64,000 bases of DNA, from positions 643 to 64,642 of the IMG/VR virus record IMGVR_UViG_3300046170_000287, one strand, 5' to 3'. The notes under the pieces were generated by a model that worked only from the letters and a program-made list of their open reading frames with translations, made no database searches and was not told the DNA's origin. The stretch comes from a virus (taxonomy: Duplodnaviria > Caudoviricetes). Positions within the stretch are counted from its first letter, which is position 1; each line of letters opens with the position of its first letter. Positions 1-8,749 of this stretch are shown piece by piece. The position numbers and the translations under genes are program-made.

Positions 1-30
1 AAGGAGGATTGTCTAGTCTAAAAGCCATAG

Positions 31-186
31 TTATTGTTTATAAGGAAACATTTTATTTAATGCGCCTTTTCTAGCAGCACAACCGCAAGGGATGTTAAGT
101 CCCTTGCTAACTGTGTCTACCATTTTTTTAATACCAGTAGCTTTAGTAAACTTCTCTACACTGTCTCCTAAACCTTTGGATTTCAT
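31..186 (-). CDS. Small basic hypothetical protein (MKSKGLGDSVEKFTKATGIKK...CGC...), not in the ORF track
   Basis: ATG at 186 to TAA at 31-33 read by hand, 51 aa, tightly packed with its neighbours. Confidence 0.65.
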   Translation of the reverse strand: MKSKGLGDSVEKFTKATGIKKMVDTVSKGLNIPCGCAARKGALNKMFPYKQ

Positions 187-187
187 A

Positions 188-595
188 TTATGATACTATA
201 AAACTTCTAATGTATAGTTGTTTAGCAGGATCATACTTAGCAGTAGCGTCGTCTGTATCTTGACCTAAGCTAACTGTTGATTTTACACCACCTGGATTAG
301 CTGTTATTGCTTTAGTAATAGAGCTTTTCAACATGTTTAAAATTGTTGATGTTGCAGGTTTTGAAGCGCTAGGTAATGCCGTAGCTGATACAGCAATACC
401 TACTGTTACTACTTTTGCTGAATTAAGAAAAGTAATAGTAGCAACTGGTACACTGTTATTAGCTTCTAAGCTACATACAACAGTTGCAATGTCTCCAGCT
501 GGTACTAAATTGTCTCCATCTTGAGCAGGAGCTGCTAGGTTTGTACTCGCTAGCGTGTATCCGTTTGTTACCGGAAAATTAATAAATTGTGCCAT
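188..595 (-). CDS. Hypothetical protein, possibly virion structural
   Basis: 135-aa ORF in the late-strand operon; no recognised motif. Confidence 0.6.
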   Translation of the reverse strand: MAQFINFPVTNGYTLASTNLAAPAQDGDNLVPAGDIATVVCSLEANNSVPVATITFLNSAKVVTVGIAVSATALPSASKPATSTILNMLKSSITKAITANPGGVKSTVSLGQDTDDATAKYDPAKQLYIRSFIVS

Positions 596-670
596 TTTGT
601 TTTGTTTTTAATTGTTTGACTTGGTTTTGGTTGTTTTGTTTAGGTTTATACAGTCCTAATCTGTTTATTT

Positions 671-967
671 TTACATATTTTTTTCTATAGCCGCTTGTCT
701 CTTTGATTCGTATTTAGACATTTTTCCGTCTTTATCTAAATCACCTTTCATCATTGCCATAGAATTGCTGTATTTCATTTGCGGCCCACCCATTCTAGAT
801 TTGCTAGCATGTTGAGACATCCAAGATCCGCCATAATTAGCTTCTCCTTTTCCTTTTACAATGTCATCTATTGGATTGTATTTTAAATCAGCACTCATTT
901 CATTAGGCGAGTGACCCATTTTGTTCGGTGAGTAACTCATGTGTGGCCCTCCTTTACAATGTCCCAT
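671..967 (-). CDS. Small Met/Gly-rich protein with an EF-hand-like loop
   Basis: DLDKDGKMSKYE fits the 12-residue EF-hand loop; repeated SP/GP-x-x-M units. Confidence 0.6.
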   Translation of the reverse strand: MGHCKGGPHMSYSPNKMGHSPNEMSADLKYNPIDDIVKGKGEANYGGSWMSQHASKSRMGGPQMKYSNSMAMMKGDLDKDGKMSKYESKRQAAIEKNM

Positions 968-978
968 AATTTTTGTTT

Positions 979-1233
979 TTAACTGTTGTGTTTTTTATCA
1001 TATTTCATATCGCCTGCTAATTTTGAAATATGTTTCTCGTCAGCAGTCATTTTCTCGTCGCTATGCCCGTGATGATCATCATATAATACATCACGCTTTA
1101 AATAATCTATATGAGCCGCGTCGTCTCGCTCAGTAGCTTTATAATTTTCTTTAGTAACTTTTGTATCAGCATGATCCATACAGCATCTTGCGTTACCTGT
1201 GTATTTTCCGTAGTGTCCTTTTGTATATCCCAT
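979..1233 (-). CDS. Small His/Asp-rich hypothetical protein
   Basis: ORF packing; DDHHGHSDE segment. Confidence 0.6.
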   Translation of the reverse strand: MGYTKGHYGKYTGNARCCMDHADTKVTKENYKATERDDAAHIDYLKRDVLYDDHHGHSDEKMTADEKHISKLAGDMKYDKKHNS

Positions 1234-1251
1234 TTTATTTTTTTTTGTAAT

Positions 1252-1902
1252 CTAGAGTAAGTCCTGTAATCCTTTATTTTCTGGTTTGTTTAACAGTTCC
1301 TTAAGCTCGCGAGCATCAGCTATTTTTTCCTCATTTGTTTTGCTTCCGCGCAAAGCAGCAGCATCTTGTATTCTTTTCTCCATAGCTTTTTTAGCTTTTT
1401 CTTTTGCTGATGTAAGTCTACTTTTTATTTTAGCTGTTTTTTTGTCAAATTTAGCCTTATCTGGATTATTGTTTTTAATGTCTTTTTCAAAGTTACTATA
1501 ATTGCCAGTAATAGCCTGCATAGCTTTATTAACATTTTTTAATTCATCATTTGACGGTCCATACTTTTTTAAAGATTTCTTTTCTCTTTTTGCAACTCTT
1601 TTTTCTAATCTATCAGCTACAGCTTCAGGATCTTTTCTAGCTTGAACAGCTTTTACAGTTGCATTAGTCAACTGATTAAACATGTTTTGTAAACCTTCTC
1701 TATTTGAAGCATATATTTCAGCACCATATCCAGCTTGGAAAGCATCCATTGACAACGGTGTAGACTCTTCTTCTTTTTTAATTCCTTGATATATTTCAGG
1801 ATTTGGATTACTACCTTTTGGCCCAAAAGTATTTTCTTGTTTTTCAGTCATAAACAAAGATGATTTTTTGCTCATGAAATTCTTGCTAAATGGTGAACTC
1901 AT
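1252..1902 (-). CDS. Lys-rich coiled-coil protein with SPF-type leader
   Basis: N-terminus MSSPFSKNFMSKKS resembles the leaders at 29.1-30.3 kb. Confidence 0.65.
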   Translation of the reverse strand: MSSPFSKNFMSKKSSLFMTEKQENTFGPKGSNPNPEIYQGIKKEEESTPLSMDAFQAGYGAEIYASNREGLQNMFNQLTNATVKAVQARKDPEAVADRLEKRVAKREKKSLKKYGPSNDELKNVNKAMQAITGNYSNFEKDIKNNNPDKAKFDKKTAKIKSRLTSAKEKAKKAMEKRIQDAAALRGSKTNEEKIADARELKELLNKPENKGLQDLL

Positions 1903-1905
1903 ATT

Positions 1906-2106
1906 TTATTTTTTAGCGCAACCAAAGTTTTTAGCATAATTAGCCATTTTAACAACTTCTTCGCTGTATTTATCTTTCTTTGACATTACAGCGCTAGCCG
2001 CAGAACACGCGTCTTTAAAACCGTTTTTCTTAGCCCAAGCCGTAAACTTACCTTTGTTTTTTTCCTTTATTTCTGGAAATTCTTTAAAAAATGGAGAACT
2101 GTACAT
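1906..2106 (-). CDS. Small basic protein with SPF leader (IKEKNKGKFTAWAKKNG)
   Basis: ORF packing; basic composition. Confidence 0.65.
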   Translation of the reverse strand: MYSSPFFKEFPEIKEKNKGKFTAWAKKNGFKDACSAASAVMSKKDKYSEEVVKMANYAKNFGCAKK

Positions 2107-2321
2107 TACTTATATACTTTAGCGCATTGAGTTATTGGCTTGCCGTTGTAATAACTTTTAGCTTTTAACACTTGCATACCTGTAATACCAGAGCTAGAAC
2201 CAATTCCGTGTATTCTACCTTCTTGATCTAATGGCCCGTCCCATATGGCGCTTTCACCTACAACGCCGTGAACGTTTTTAGATGCCATTGTTTTATTATA
2301 ATTTGGATCTGTTTTATGCAT
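2106..2321 (-). CDS. Hypothetical protein
   Basis: Stop codon overlaps the next start codon. Confidence 0.6.
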   Translation of the reverse strand: MHKTDPNYNKTMASKNVHGVVGESAIWDGPLDQEGRIHGIGSSSGITGMQVLKAKSYYNGKPITQCAKVYK

Positions 2322-2336
2322 AATTTTTATTTTTGT

Positions 2337-2795
2337 TTATAATGAATTTAAAAGGTCGTCTGACATAAAACCTTCTTCTTGTGTTGATAATGGTCCAGGT
2401 GCTGCTATTTTATTTTGCATGTTTTGAAGACCCTGCATAGGGGTAATTGGATTATCACCTAAAGCATTATTATTCATTTGCATTGTAGCAGGATTAAAAT
2501 TACCATAACCTCCTACTAAACCATCTACAGTAGCAGTTCCTGGTTGAGACACATCTGCATTAGCCGCAGCCATAGAGGCTCCCGCTGCGTTTGTTTGAGA
2601 TCCCATGTTTTCTAAAGCACTTACTCTATTTTCAAGACCTTTAATTCTACCTTTAGCTCCTCCTCTTTGTCTTCCACCAAAAAGTCCTGCAATTGCTCCT
2701 AGGTTTCCCGAGAGATTACGACCTATTCCTCCACCACCACTCATACCCAAAGCTCTAGCGGCTGCTCCTATAAATTTGACTGGACTATTACTCAT
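2337..2795 (-). CDS. Gly-rich hypothetical protein with SP leader
   Basis: Begins MSNSPVKF; 4-bp overlap with the upstream gene. Confidence 0.6.
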   Translation of the reverse strand: MSNSPVKFIGAAARALGMSGGGGIGRNLSGNLGAIAGLFGGRQRGGAKGRIKGLENRVSALENMGSQTNAAGASMAAANADVSQPGTATVDGLVGGYGNFNPATMQMNNNALGDNPITPMQGLQNMQNKIAAPGPLSTQEEGFMSDDLLNSL

Positions 2796-3232
2796 CTGTT
2801 TTTATCTTTGTTTACGTTATAAATAGCTTTAGTCATAACTTTGTCAGTGTATGTTTCGCCATTAATTATTTTGTTTCGTCTACCTGTATTTATATCTTCT
2901 TCACCAAGCATTATTCTGTATATTCTACTTATAAGTTGCTTGCCTTTAAAAGATACTTTATATATATGGTACTTTTGAGTGGTTCTGTTTCTGTGCCTCC
3001 AGACTTTAATCCAGTCTTGTTTCAACAGCCTATTCCAGCGCCGGTTATCCCAACTGTAAGAATAAACACCCATTTCAAAGTCTTTCTTGGTGAAAAACTC
3101 TATACAATCAAGGTATATAAGAAGTTCCAGATCTGCATCGTTTAAATCATTATTACGACAAGCCCATTTTCTTATAATACGATAGTGCTTTAAGAGGTTT
3201 AGTTCTCTAATGTCACTAGCGTCTAATCTCAT
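2792..3232 (-). CDS. Putative winged-helix (MarR-like) DNA-binding protein
   Basis: LNDADLELLIYL...RLLKQDWI...YKVSFKGKQLI pattern resembles wHTH; translationally coupled to groES. Confidence 0.45.
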   Translation of the reverse strand: MRLDASDIRELNLLKHYRIIRKWACRNNDLNDADLELLIYLDCIEFFTKKDFEMGVYSYSWDNRRWNRLLKQDWIKVWRHRNRTTQKYHIYKVSFKGKQLISRIYRIMLGEEDINTGRRNKIINGETYTDKVMTKAIYNVNKDKNR

Positions 3233-3489
3233 AATACAACGACTATGTCACCTGACTTTATAACGTGATAAGATTTTTTATCAACTTCTATTTTATGGCC
3301 AGCATGACGATCAAAGTATATAGTATCGTTTTTTTTAACGCCTGCTACTTCTTCACCCGCAGATACAACACTTGCTTTAACGTAGCGTATATCTTCTCTC
3401 TGGCTTTCTGCAAGAAGTAAACCACCATCTGTCTTAGTAGTCCCTTCTTTTTCTTTTATTATAATTAAGTTTCTACCTATTGCCTTCAT
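3229..3489 (-). CDS. groES: Co-chaperonin GroES (Cpn10)
   Basis: KTDGGLLL mobile loop, VVSAG, VKKND, VIKSGDIVVV; adjacent to groEL. Confidence 0.9.
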   Translation of the reverse strand: MKAIGRNLIIIKEKEGTTKTDGGLLLAESQREDIRYVKASVVSAGEEVAGVKKNDTIYFDRHAGHKIEVDKKSYHVIKSGDIVVVL

Positions 3490-5032
3490 CTATTCTTAAA
3501 TTATTGATTACACAATCAGTAGATAATATTGTTGTTGCTACAGAAGCTGCATTTTGAAGAGCGCTCTTGGTGACTAGTAGTGGATCTATAATACCCGACT
3601 TAATCATATTTACCATTTTTCCTGTAACCACATTGTAGCCTTGTCCTTTTCTTGTTGGTGTCTTTCTATCAGATTCTAGACCTGCGTTTTCAAGTATAGT
3701 TTTAAAAGGGGCTTTTATAGCTTCTAATAAAACTGTTTCACCTATTGACTTAGCTGTTATATTTGTTGCAGCGTTTAATAGAGCAATACCACCACCAGGA
3801 ACAATCCCTTCTTTGATAGCAGCTTTAGTAGCACAGATAGCATCTTCTACCCTATCTGTTTTTTCTTTTAATTCTATTTCTGAATTAGCACCTACTTTAA
3901 CTATTGCTATTTTAGCAGACAGCATGGCTAATCTTTTTTCTAGCTTTATAACCTTATTAGGATTTTTTTCTTTAACTAGTTCTTTTTTAAGAGTTTTTAT
4001 TACATCATTAATCTCTTCGTTTGCCTCTTCTATTTGAAGAACAGTGTCTTGATGCGATGTGACACTTTTTAAGCATGTACCTAAATGATCAACTTGTATC
4101 ATTTCCATGTCATCACCTAGGTCTTCGTTTATAATAGTAGCGCCAGTAAGCAATGAAAGGTCTTCGAGCACTTGTTGTTTACTAACTCCGTAAGTAGGTG
4201 CGTTTATAACATTTACTTTTATATTACCCTTCATTTTATTCATAGCTAGAGCTGATAAAACACCTTGTTCTAAATCGCCTATAATAAGCAAAGGTTTGTT
4301 GTTTTTTATTACGTACTCTAGCACAGACTGAATCTGTCGTATTGTATCAACTGGTGATTCTAATAAAAGCACTAATGGCTTTTCAAGTTCAGCAGTTTTA
4401 GTCGCTTTGTTAGTTATAAAGTGTGAGTTAGTTATACCTTTATCGTATTGAACCCCATCTACAACTTCTACAGATGTTACACCATCTGAAGCTGTTTCCA
4501 TCATTACAACACCTGTGTTATCTACAGCTCTAAAAGCATCAGCTATTATTTTACCTAGCTTTGGTTCATTGTTAGTTGATATAGTAGCTATTTGATCTAT
4601 CATGCTACCTTGAACATCAACAGTAAGTAGTTTCAAATAATTAACTACTTTTTTAACAGCTAAATTAATACCGTCTTTCAACTCTCTTGAGTTTGTTTTA
4701 TCTACTACTTTATAAGCTTCTAGTAATATAGCATGCGCTAATACTGTAGCTGTTGTAGTTCCATCACCGGCTTCTTGTACTGTTTTACGCGCTGCTTCTT
4801 TTAAAAGTGTAGCACCCATATTTTCTACTGGATCTCGCAGAATTATTGAATCTGCTACTGTTACACCATCTTTAGTTATAACTGGTCTTCCAGTGTGATC
4901 TTCTAGCATAACGCATTTACCGCTAGCTCCAAGAGTGGAGCTAACAGCTTGCGTTAGTTTTTCAATTCCTTTAAATACATTATCTCTAGCATTATTACCA
5001 AAGTTAAGATTCTTGACTATTAAGTCTGACAT
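3473..5032 (-). CDS. groEL: Chaperonin GroEL (Cpn60), phage-encoded
   Basis: ITKDGVTVA, AGDGTTTATVLA, EGIVPGGG, GIIDP motifs; lacks the GGM tail. Confidence 0.97.
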   Translation of the reverse strand: MSDLIVKNLNFGNNARDNVFKGIEKLTQAVSSTLGASGKCVMLEDHTGRPVITKDGVTVADSIILRDPVENMGATLLKEAARKTVQEAGDGTTTATVLAHAILLEAYKVVDKTNSRELKDGINLAVKKVVNYLKLLTVDVQGSMIDQIATISTNNEPKLGKIIADAFRAVDNTGVVMMETASDGVTSVEVVDGVQYDKGITNSHFITNKATKTAELEKPLVLLLESPVDTIRQIQSVLEYVIKNNKPLLIIGDLEQGVLSALAMNKMKGNIKVNVINAPTYGVSKQQVLEDLSLLTGATIINEDLGDDMEMIQVDHLGTCLKSVTSHQDTVLQIEEANEEINDVIKTLKKELVKEKNPNKVIKLEKRLAMLSAKIAIVKVGANSEIELKEKTDRVEDAICATKAAIKEGIVPGGGIALLNAATNITAKSIGETVLLEAIKAPFKTILENAGLESDRKTPTRKGQGYNVVTGKMVNMIKSGIIDPLLVTKSALQNAASVATTILSTDCVINNLRIDEGNR

Positions 5033-5061
5033 ATTATATTATATTAAATTAGAGTATTGGT

Positions 5062-5352
5062 TTACTTAAAGGTTTTAACTACTTTTGGTCCGTTTAAAAA
5101 TTCAACTTTCTTCTTGTAGTGCTCAATAGTTTTATCTATTGAAGTTTCAGCAGCTTCCATTGTCTCTCGCCGCGTAACATCCTTCCAGGTTTCTTCATCT
5201 CGAAGATCTTGGTATTCTGTTTGGTAATAACCATTTGGTAATTGAACTATACGCCAGTTTGCTTTATCAGCTATATGATTCCATAGTTTAATTTGGTTTT
5301 CGTTTGGTTGTGGTTGACTAGTCCACGAATTAGTCTCGTAAAAAAACGTCAT
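5062..5352 (-). CDS. Hypothetical protein
   Basis: 96-aa ORF downstream of a late-type promoter motif. Confidence 0.65.
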   Translation of the reverse strand: MTFFYETNSWTSQPQPNENQIKLWNHIADKANWRIVQLPNGYYQTEYQDLRDEETWKDVTRRETMEAAETSIDKTIEHYKKKVEFLNGPKVVKTFK

Positions 5353-5406
5353 TGGTTTTGGTTTTATGTTATTATTTGGTTTGCACTCATCCGTGCCGGG
5401 TATATC

Positions 5407-5439
5407 TTATATACTCACTTGGTTTTAGTGATTTTTACT
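5407..5439 (-). promoter_or_regulatory. Late-type promoter motif (GTAAA...AAGTGAGTATATAA)
   Basis: Matches a motif repeated in five other intergenic gaps. Confidence 0.6.
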
Positions 5440-5755
5440 TTTCTATAGTTAAAGTAACTGATGTAGGGTTTTCTAGTTCTGATACTTGATTAGATACACC
5501 TTGTTCAATAGCACTAACTTCATCTTCACCCATAGCCTCTTTTGTCCATTCAACTATTATGTCATTTGTTAATTCGTCAAACGGTATAAATTCTTTTTCA
5601 GAATCTAATTCTACTATTTGAGTTCCAAAATTACTTGCTACATAAGTATCCGAAACACCAGTTAAAACCCAGTGTACATTATAAACTACATCTGTTTCGC
5701 CATTTGCTTGAGGGTAAACATCTACTGTCTTACAGTTCCATTTATATGTTATCAT
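5435..5755 (-). CDS. Acidic tail-fibre-associated protein (putative chaperone)
   Basis: MITYKW...VYNVHW...FIPFDELT...WTKEAMG pattern typical of small proteins following fibre genes. Confidence 0.5.
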   Translation of the reverse strand: MITYKWNCKTVDVYPQANGETDVVYNVHWVLTGVSDTYVASNFGTQIVELDSEKEFIPFDELTNDIIVEWTKEAMGEDEVSAIEQGVSNQVSELENPTSVTLTIEK

Positions 5756-5759
5756 TATA

Positions 5760-6266
5760 TTAATTTATTTGTTTTGCGTCTTTTGTATAATTTCTATTTT
5801 CTTTTGGTTGAAACAAACCAGACATGTGAAATAATCCATTTTTCTTCCATTTACCGTTCCATTGTTTGCCGTGTTTAGTCCAACGATCGTGGGCTTTAGC
5901 AAACTTCCAGACTTTTATTCCGTTGTCTTTACCTTTAAATATTTTGTCATATGTTTTAACCCAATACATATCAAAAGGTCCTATAGCCCTAGCCTGTAAC
6001 ATGAGCTCTCTAGTTCTATGATCAGCTTTACCAGTGACACATATATCTATATCTGTTGTTGGCCAACCTTCTAGTATACCACCAACTACATATAGTTTAT
6101 GATGTAACCAGTCTAACTTTAATAATTCTTTTATATAACTTTTATATATAGGATCTTCTAATCCATATATGTAAGGTATAAACATAAAACTGCCGTTTAC
6201 GTTTTTTACTTGACCATCTTCAAATACGTTATAATCTTCTTCTTTCCAAAAAGTTTTTAAATCCAT
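5760..6266 (-). CDS. Putative Pol-beta-superfamily (minimal) nucleotidyltransferase
   Basis: LYVVGG-x8-DIDI plus a later acidic residue (PFDMY). Confidence 0.5.
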   Translation of the reverse strand: MDLKTFWKEEDYNVFEDGQVKNVNGSFMFIPYIYGLEDPIYKSYIKELLKLDWLHHKLYVVGGILEGWPTTDIDICVTGKADHRTRELMLQARAIGPFDMYWVKTYDKIFKGKDNGIKVWKFAKAHDRWTKHGKQWNGKWKKNGLFHMSGLFQPKENRNYTKDAKQIN

Positions 6267-6740
6267 TTATTTTTTTACTGAGTTAAGTAAACCACTTTCA
6301 AAACTCCACGTTTCCTTACCAACTGTTTTACTTCCGGTAAATCCACTTACAGATGCGTTATTACCATCTTTACCATCTTTACCATCAGCACCAGCTGGAC
6401 CTTGTGGACCAGTTGCTCCTTGTGAACCTGTAGCTCCAGTATCTCCTTTAGGACCTTGTGATGCTGCAGATGAAGAGTCTTTACCAAAAGCATCTTTTAT
6501 AAAAGCGTGTAAGTCTTCTACGTCTTGTCTTACATCTTCTATCTGTCTTAACATAAATCTGTTGTACTGATATAAACCATCGTCATTATATACTTCACTG
6601 ATATCTGTTAGTGAAGATAAGTCATCAGATATTTCTTTAGATACAGTGTACTCACCATCACTACCTTTAGAAGCAAGTTGCTTGGAACTACCTTCTTTAA
6701 ATAGCTTTTTACCTCTTATGTTGTCATCTATATTTGCCAT
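6267..6740 (-). CDS. Collagen-like repeat protein (fibre/whisker component)
   Basis: About 11 consecutive Gly-X-Y triplets (GPKGDTGATGSQGATGPQGPAGADGKDGKDG). Confidence 0.75.
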   Translation of the reverse strand: MANIDDNIRGKKLFKEGSSKQLASKGSDGEYTVSKEISDDLSSLTDISEVYNDDGLYQYNRFMLRQIEDVRQDVEDLHAFIKDAFGKDSSSAASQGPKGDTGATGSQGATGPQGPAGADGKDGKDGNNASVSGFTGSKTVGKETWSFESGLLNSVKK

Positions 6741-8728
6741 TATACTTGTTCAAATTCTACTATTATTGTTGCACTTACACCACGCAGGTATTTATTGATT
6801 GCACTTTTAGAATAGCCAAACTGTAAGCTATCACCCTTACTAAATGTGTAACTACTTGGCTCCCATTCTACTTGACCACTTGACACAGAGATAGCGCCAG
6901 AAGTTGTAGGCGAGCTATAGTTTGCGTTTTTATATATTTGAAAATTTACACTAAAACTAGTGCTTGCTGATCCACTTGTGTTATGAAATCTAACTCTTTT
7001 TATAGAACCATCAGCTGGACAATCAAAAGAATTATAATATTGATTTGAAGTTGTTTCAACTAAATTGTTAAAAGGAATCCGCAAGGAATTCATAGTATTA
7101 GTATCGTCAGAAAAATTACTAGTTATTATTGTTTGTGTATTTGCAGGCGTGTGTGCGTCTACGTAGGCTTTGTTAGCAGCATCTGTTGATGCGCTAACTG
7201 TGTCAACACCTTGTATTCTACCTGTTCCACTTAAACTAATATCACCACCTGTTACTGTTAAATCTCCTGTTAAAGTAGTATTAGCACAATCCAACTTTAA
7301 ATCAGTGCCATCTTCATTCGCATTAATAATGCTTTGTATTTTAGCTCCAACAGTTGTTCCATCAAACGCAAATGATATTTCACCAGAAACATCGCCGCCA
7401 GAATTACCACTAGTAGAAAGTCTTAAAGTTGAAGTTTGATCATTGTTATTAAATACATCTAGCTGAGCGTTAGGACTAGTTGTGTCAATGCCAAGCTTGC
7501 CGGTTACTGCGACACCAGTTGATAGTGTTTCAAACTTTTTAACATTGTTGTGATATAAGTCTACGCTACTGTTAAAATTACAATCAACGTATGTTTCGCC
7601 ATTAGCAGATTCTAATAACAAGTTAGTAGCTTGTATTTTTAAATCGCCAGATCCATTTTCTAATATAACACTATATGGTGAACCAAAATCTGCATGTCCT
7701 ATTATTAAATCTCCAGTTCCAGTAGATCCAAATCTAGCGTAAACGTTATCGTTAAAACGAATATCACCTGTCATTGTTCCTCCTGTAGTAGGTAAAAATC
7801 CTGAAACAGAGACATTTTCCCAAGCAATACCAGAGCCGGTTGAAGTTAGAACTTGACCATCTGATCCCTGTGATGTTGATATCTTAAGATTATTTAAATC
7901 TACTGTACCGTTTACATCTAACGCTTCTGAAGGACTCGTTGTTCCAATACCTAATCTACCATTTGTGTCTAAAGTAGCAACAGTACTCCCGCTTGAATTT
8001 AAAAATCTAGCTATATCTTGGCCGTTACCACCTCCTTTTACTTGTAAACCTGTAGATTGCGATGAATAAAAGTTTCCTGCAAGGCCTCCAGTTAACACAT
8101 CTAAACCCGCTACTGGGCTAGTAACTCCAATACCAACTTGCCCTACGTTTGTTATGGTCATTTTAGTAGACATGTTTCCATTACTACTAGTGCCAAAATT
8201 AAGATTATGTGAGTTGTCTGCCCCGTTTCTTATTGTGCCTATAGTACCAGCCGCAAATCCATCAAAACCATTGCCACCCATTCTAAAGGTTATTTTAGGT
8301 CCAAATCCATTCGCAGCAGTTCCACTAGTCATCATGCCAATGTCCACTGCTGAATATTGCGCATTTGTAAAACTACTATTATAATAAAACTTAGCTACAC
8401 CATCTGTACCTACAACCTGTAGTTTTCTACTAGGACTAGTTGTCCCAATACCTACGTTAGTATTATTAAAAATAGTTTTTTGATTAGCTGAATCAATTTC
8501 CATAAATGATTGGTTTTCACCTCCACTTATATCACCTATTTTATATATGTATGTATCGTTGTTTATACTTAAACCCGTTTCGTTACCTTGAGTTACTAAT
8601 AAAGTAGAACCATTTACGTGTAGTTTAGCGCTAGGACTAGTTGTGCCAATACCAACTTCATTATTTATACTATCGACATATAATGTTCCACTGTCGGCGT
8701 TTACATCTGTTAAAAATTGTATTGCCAT
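6740..8728 (-). CDS. Tail fibre / receptor-binding protein
   Basis: Five (V/L)GI(G/D)(T/V)TSP repeats, Gly/Ser/Thr-rich, DAANKAYVD motif. Confidence 0.8.
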   Translation of the reverse strand: MAIQFLTDVNADSGTLYVDSINNEVGIGTTSPSAKLHVNGSTLLVTQGNETGLSINNDTYIYKIGDISGGENQSFMEIDSANQKTIFNNTNVGIGTTSPSRKLQVVGTDGVAKFYYNSSFTNAQYSAVDIGMMTSGTAANGFGPKITFRMGGNGFDGFAAGTIGTIRNGADNSHNLNFGTSSNGNMSTKMTITNVGQVGIGVTSPVAGLDVLTGGLAGNFYSSQSTGLQVKGGGNGQDIARFLNSSGSTVATLDTNGRLGIGTTSPSEALDVNGTVDLNNLKISTSQGSDGQVLTSTGSGIAWENVSVSGFLPTTGGTMTGDIRFNDNVYARFGSTGTGDLIIGHADFGSPYSVILENGSGDLKIQATNLLLESANGETYVDCNFNSSVDLYHNNVKKFETLSTGVAVTGKLGIDTTSPNAQLDVFNNNDQTSTLRLSTSGNSGGDVSGEISFAFDGTTVGAKIQSIINANEDGTDLKLDCANTTLTGDLTVTGGDISLSGTGRIQGVDTVSASTDAANKAYVDAHTPANTQTIITSNFSDDTNTMNSLRIPFNNLVETTSNQYYNSFDCPADGSIKRVRFHNTSGSASTSFSVNFQIYKNANYSSPTTSGAISVSSGQVEWEPSSYTFSKGDSLQFGYSKSAINKYLRGVSATIIVEFEQV

Positions 8729-8749
8729 TTAATTTAATTTAATTTATTA

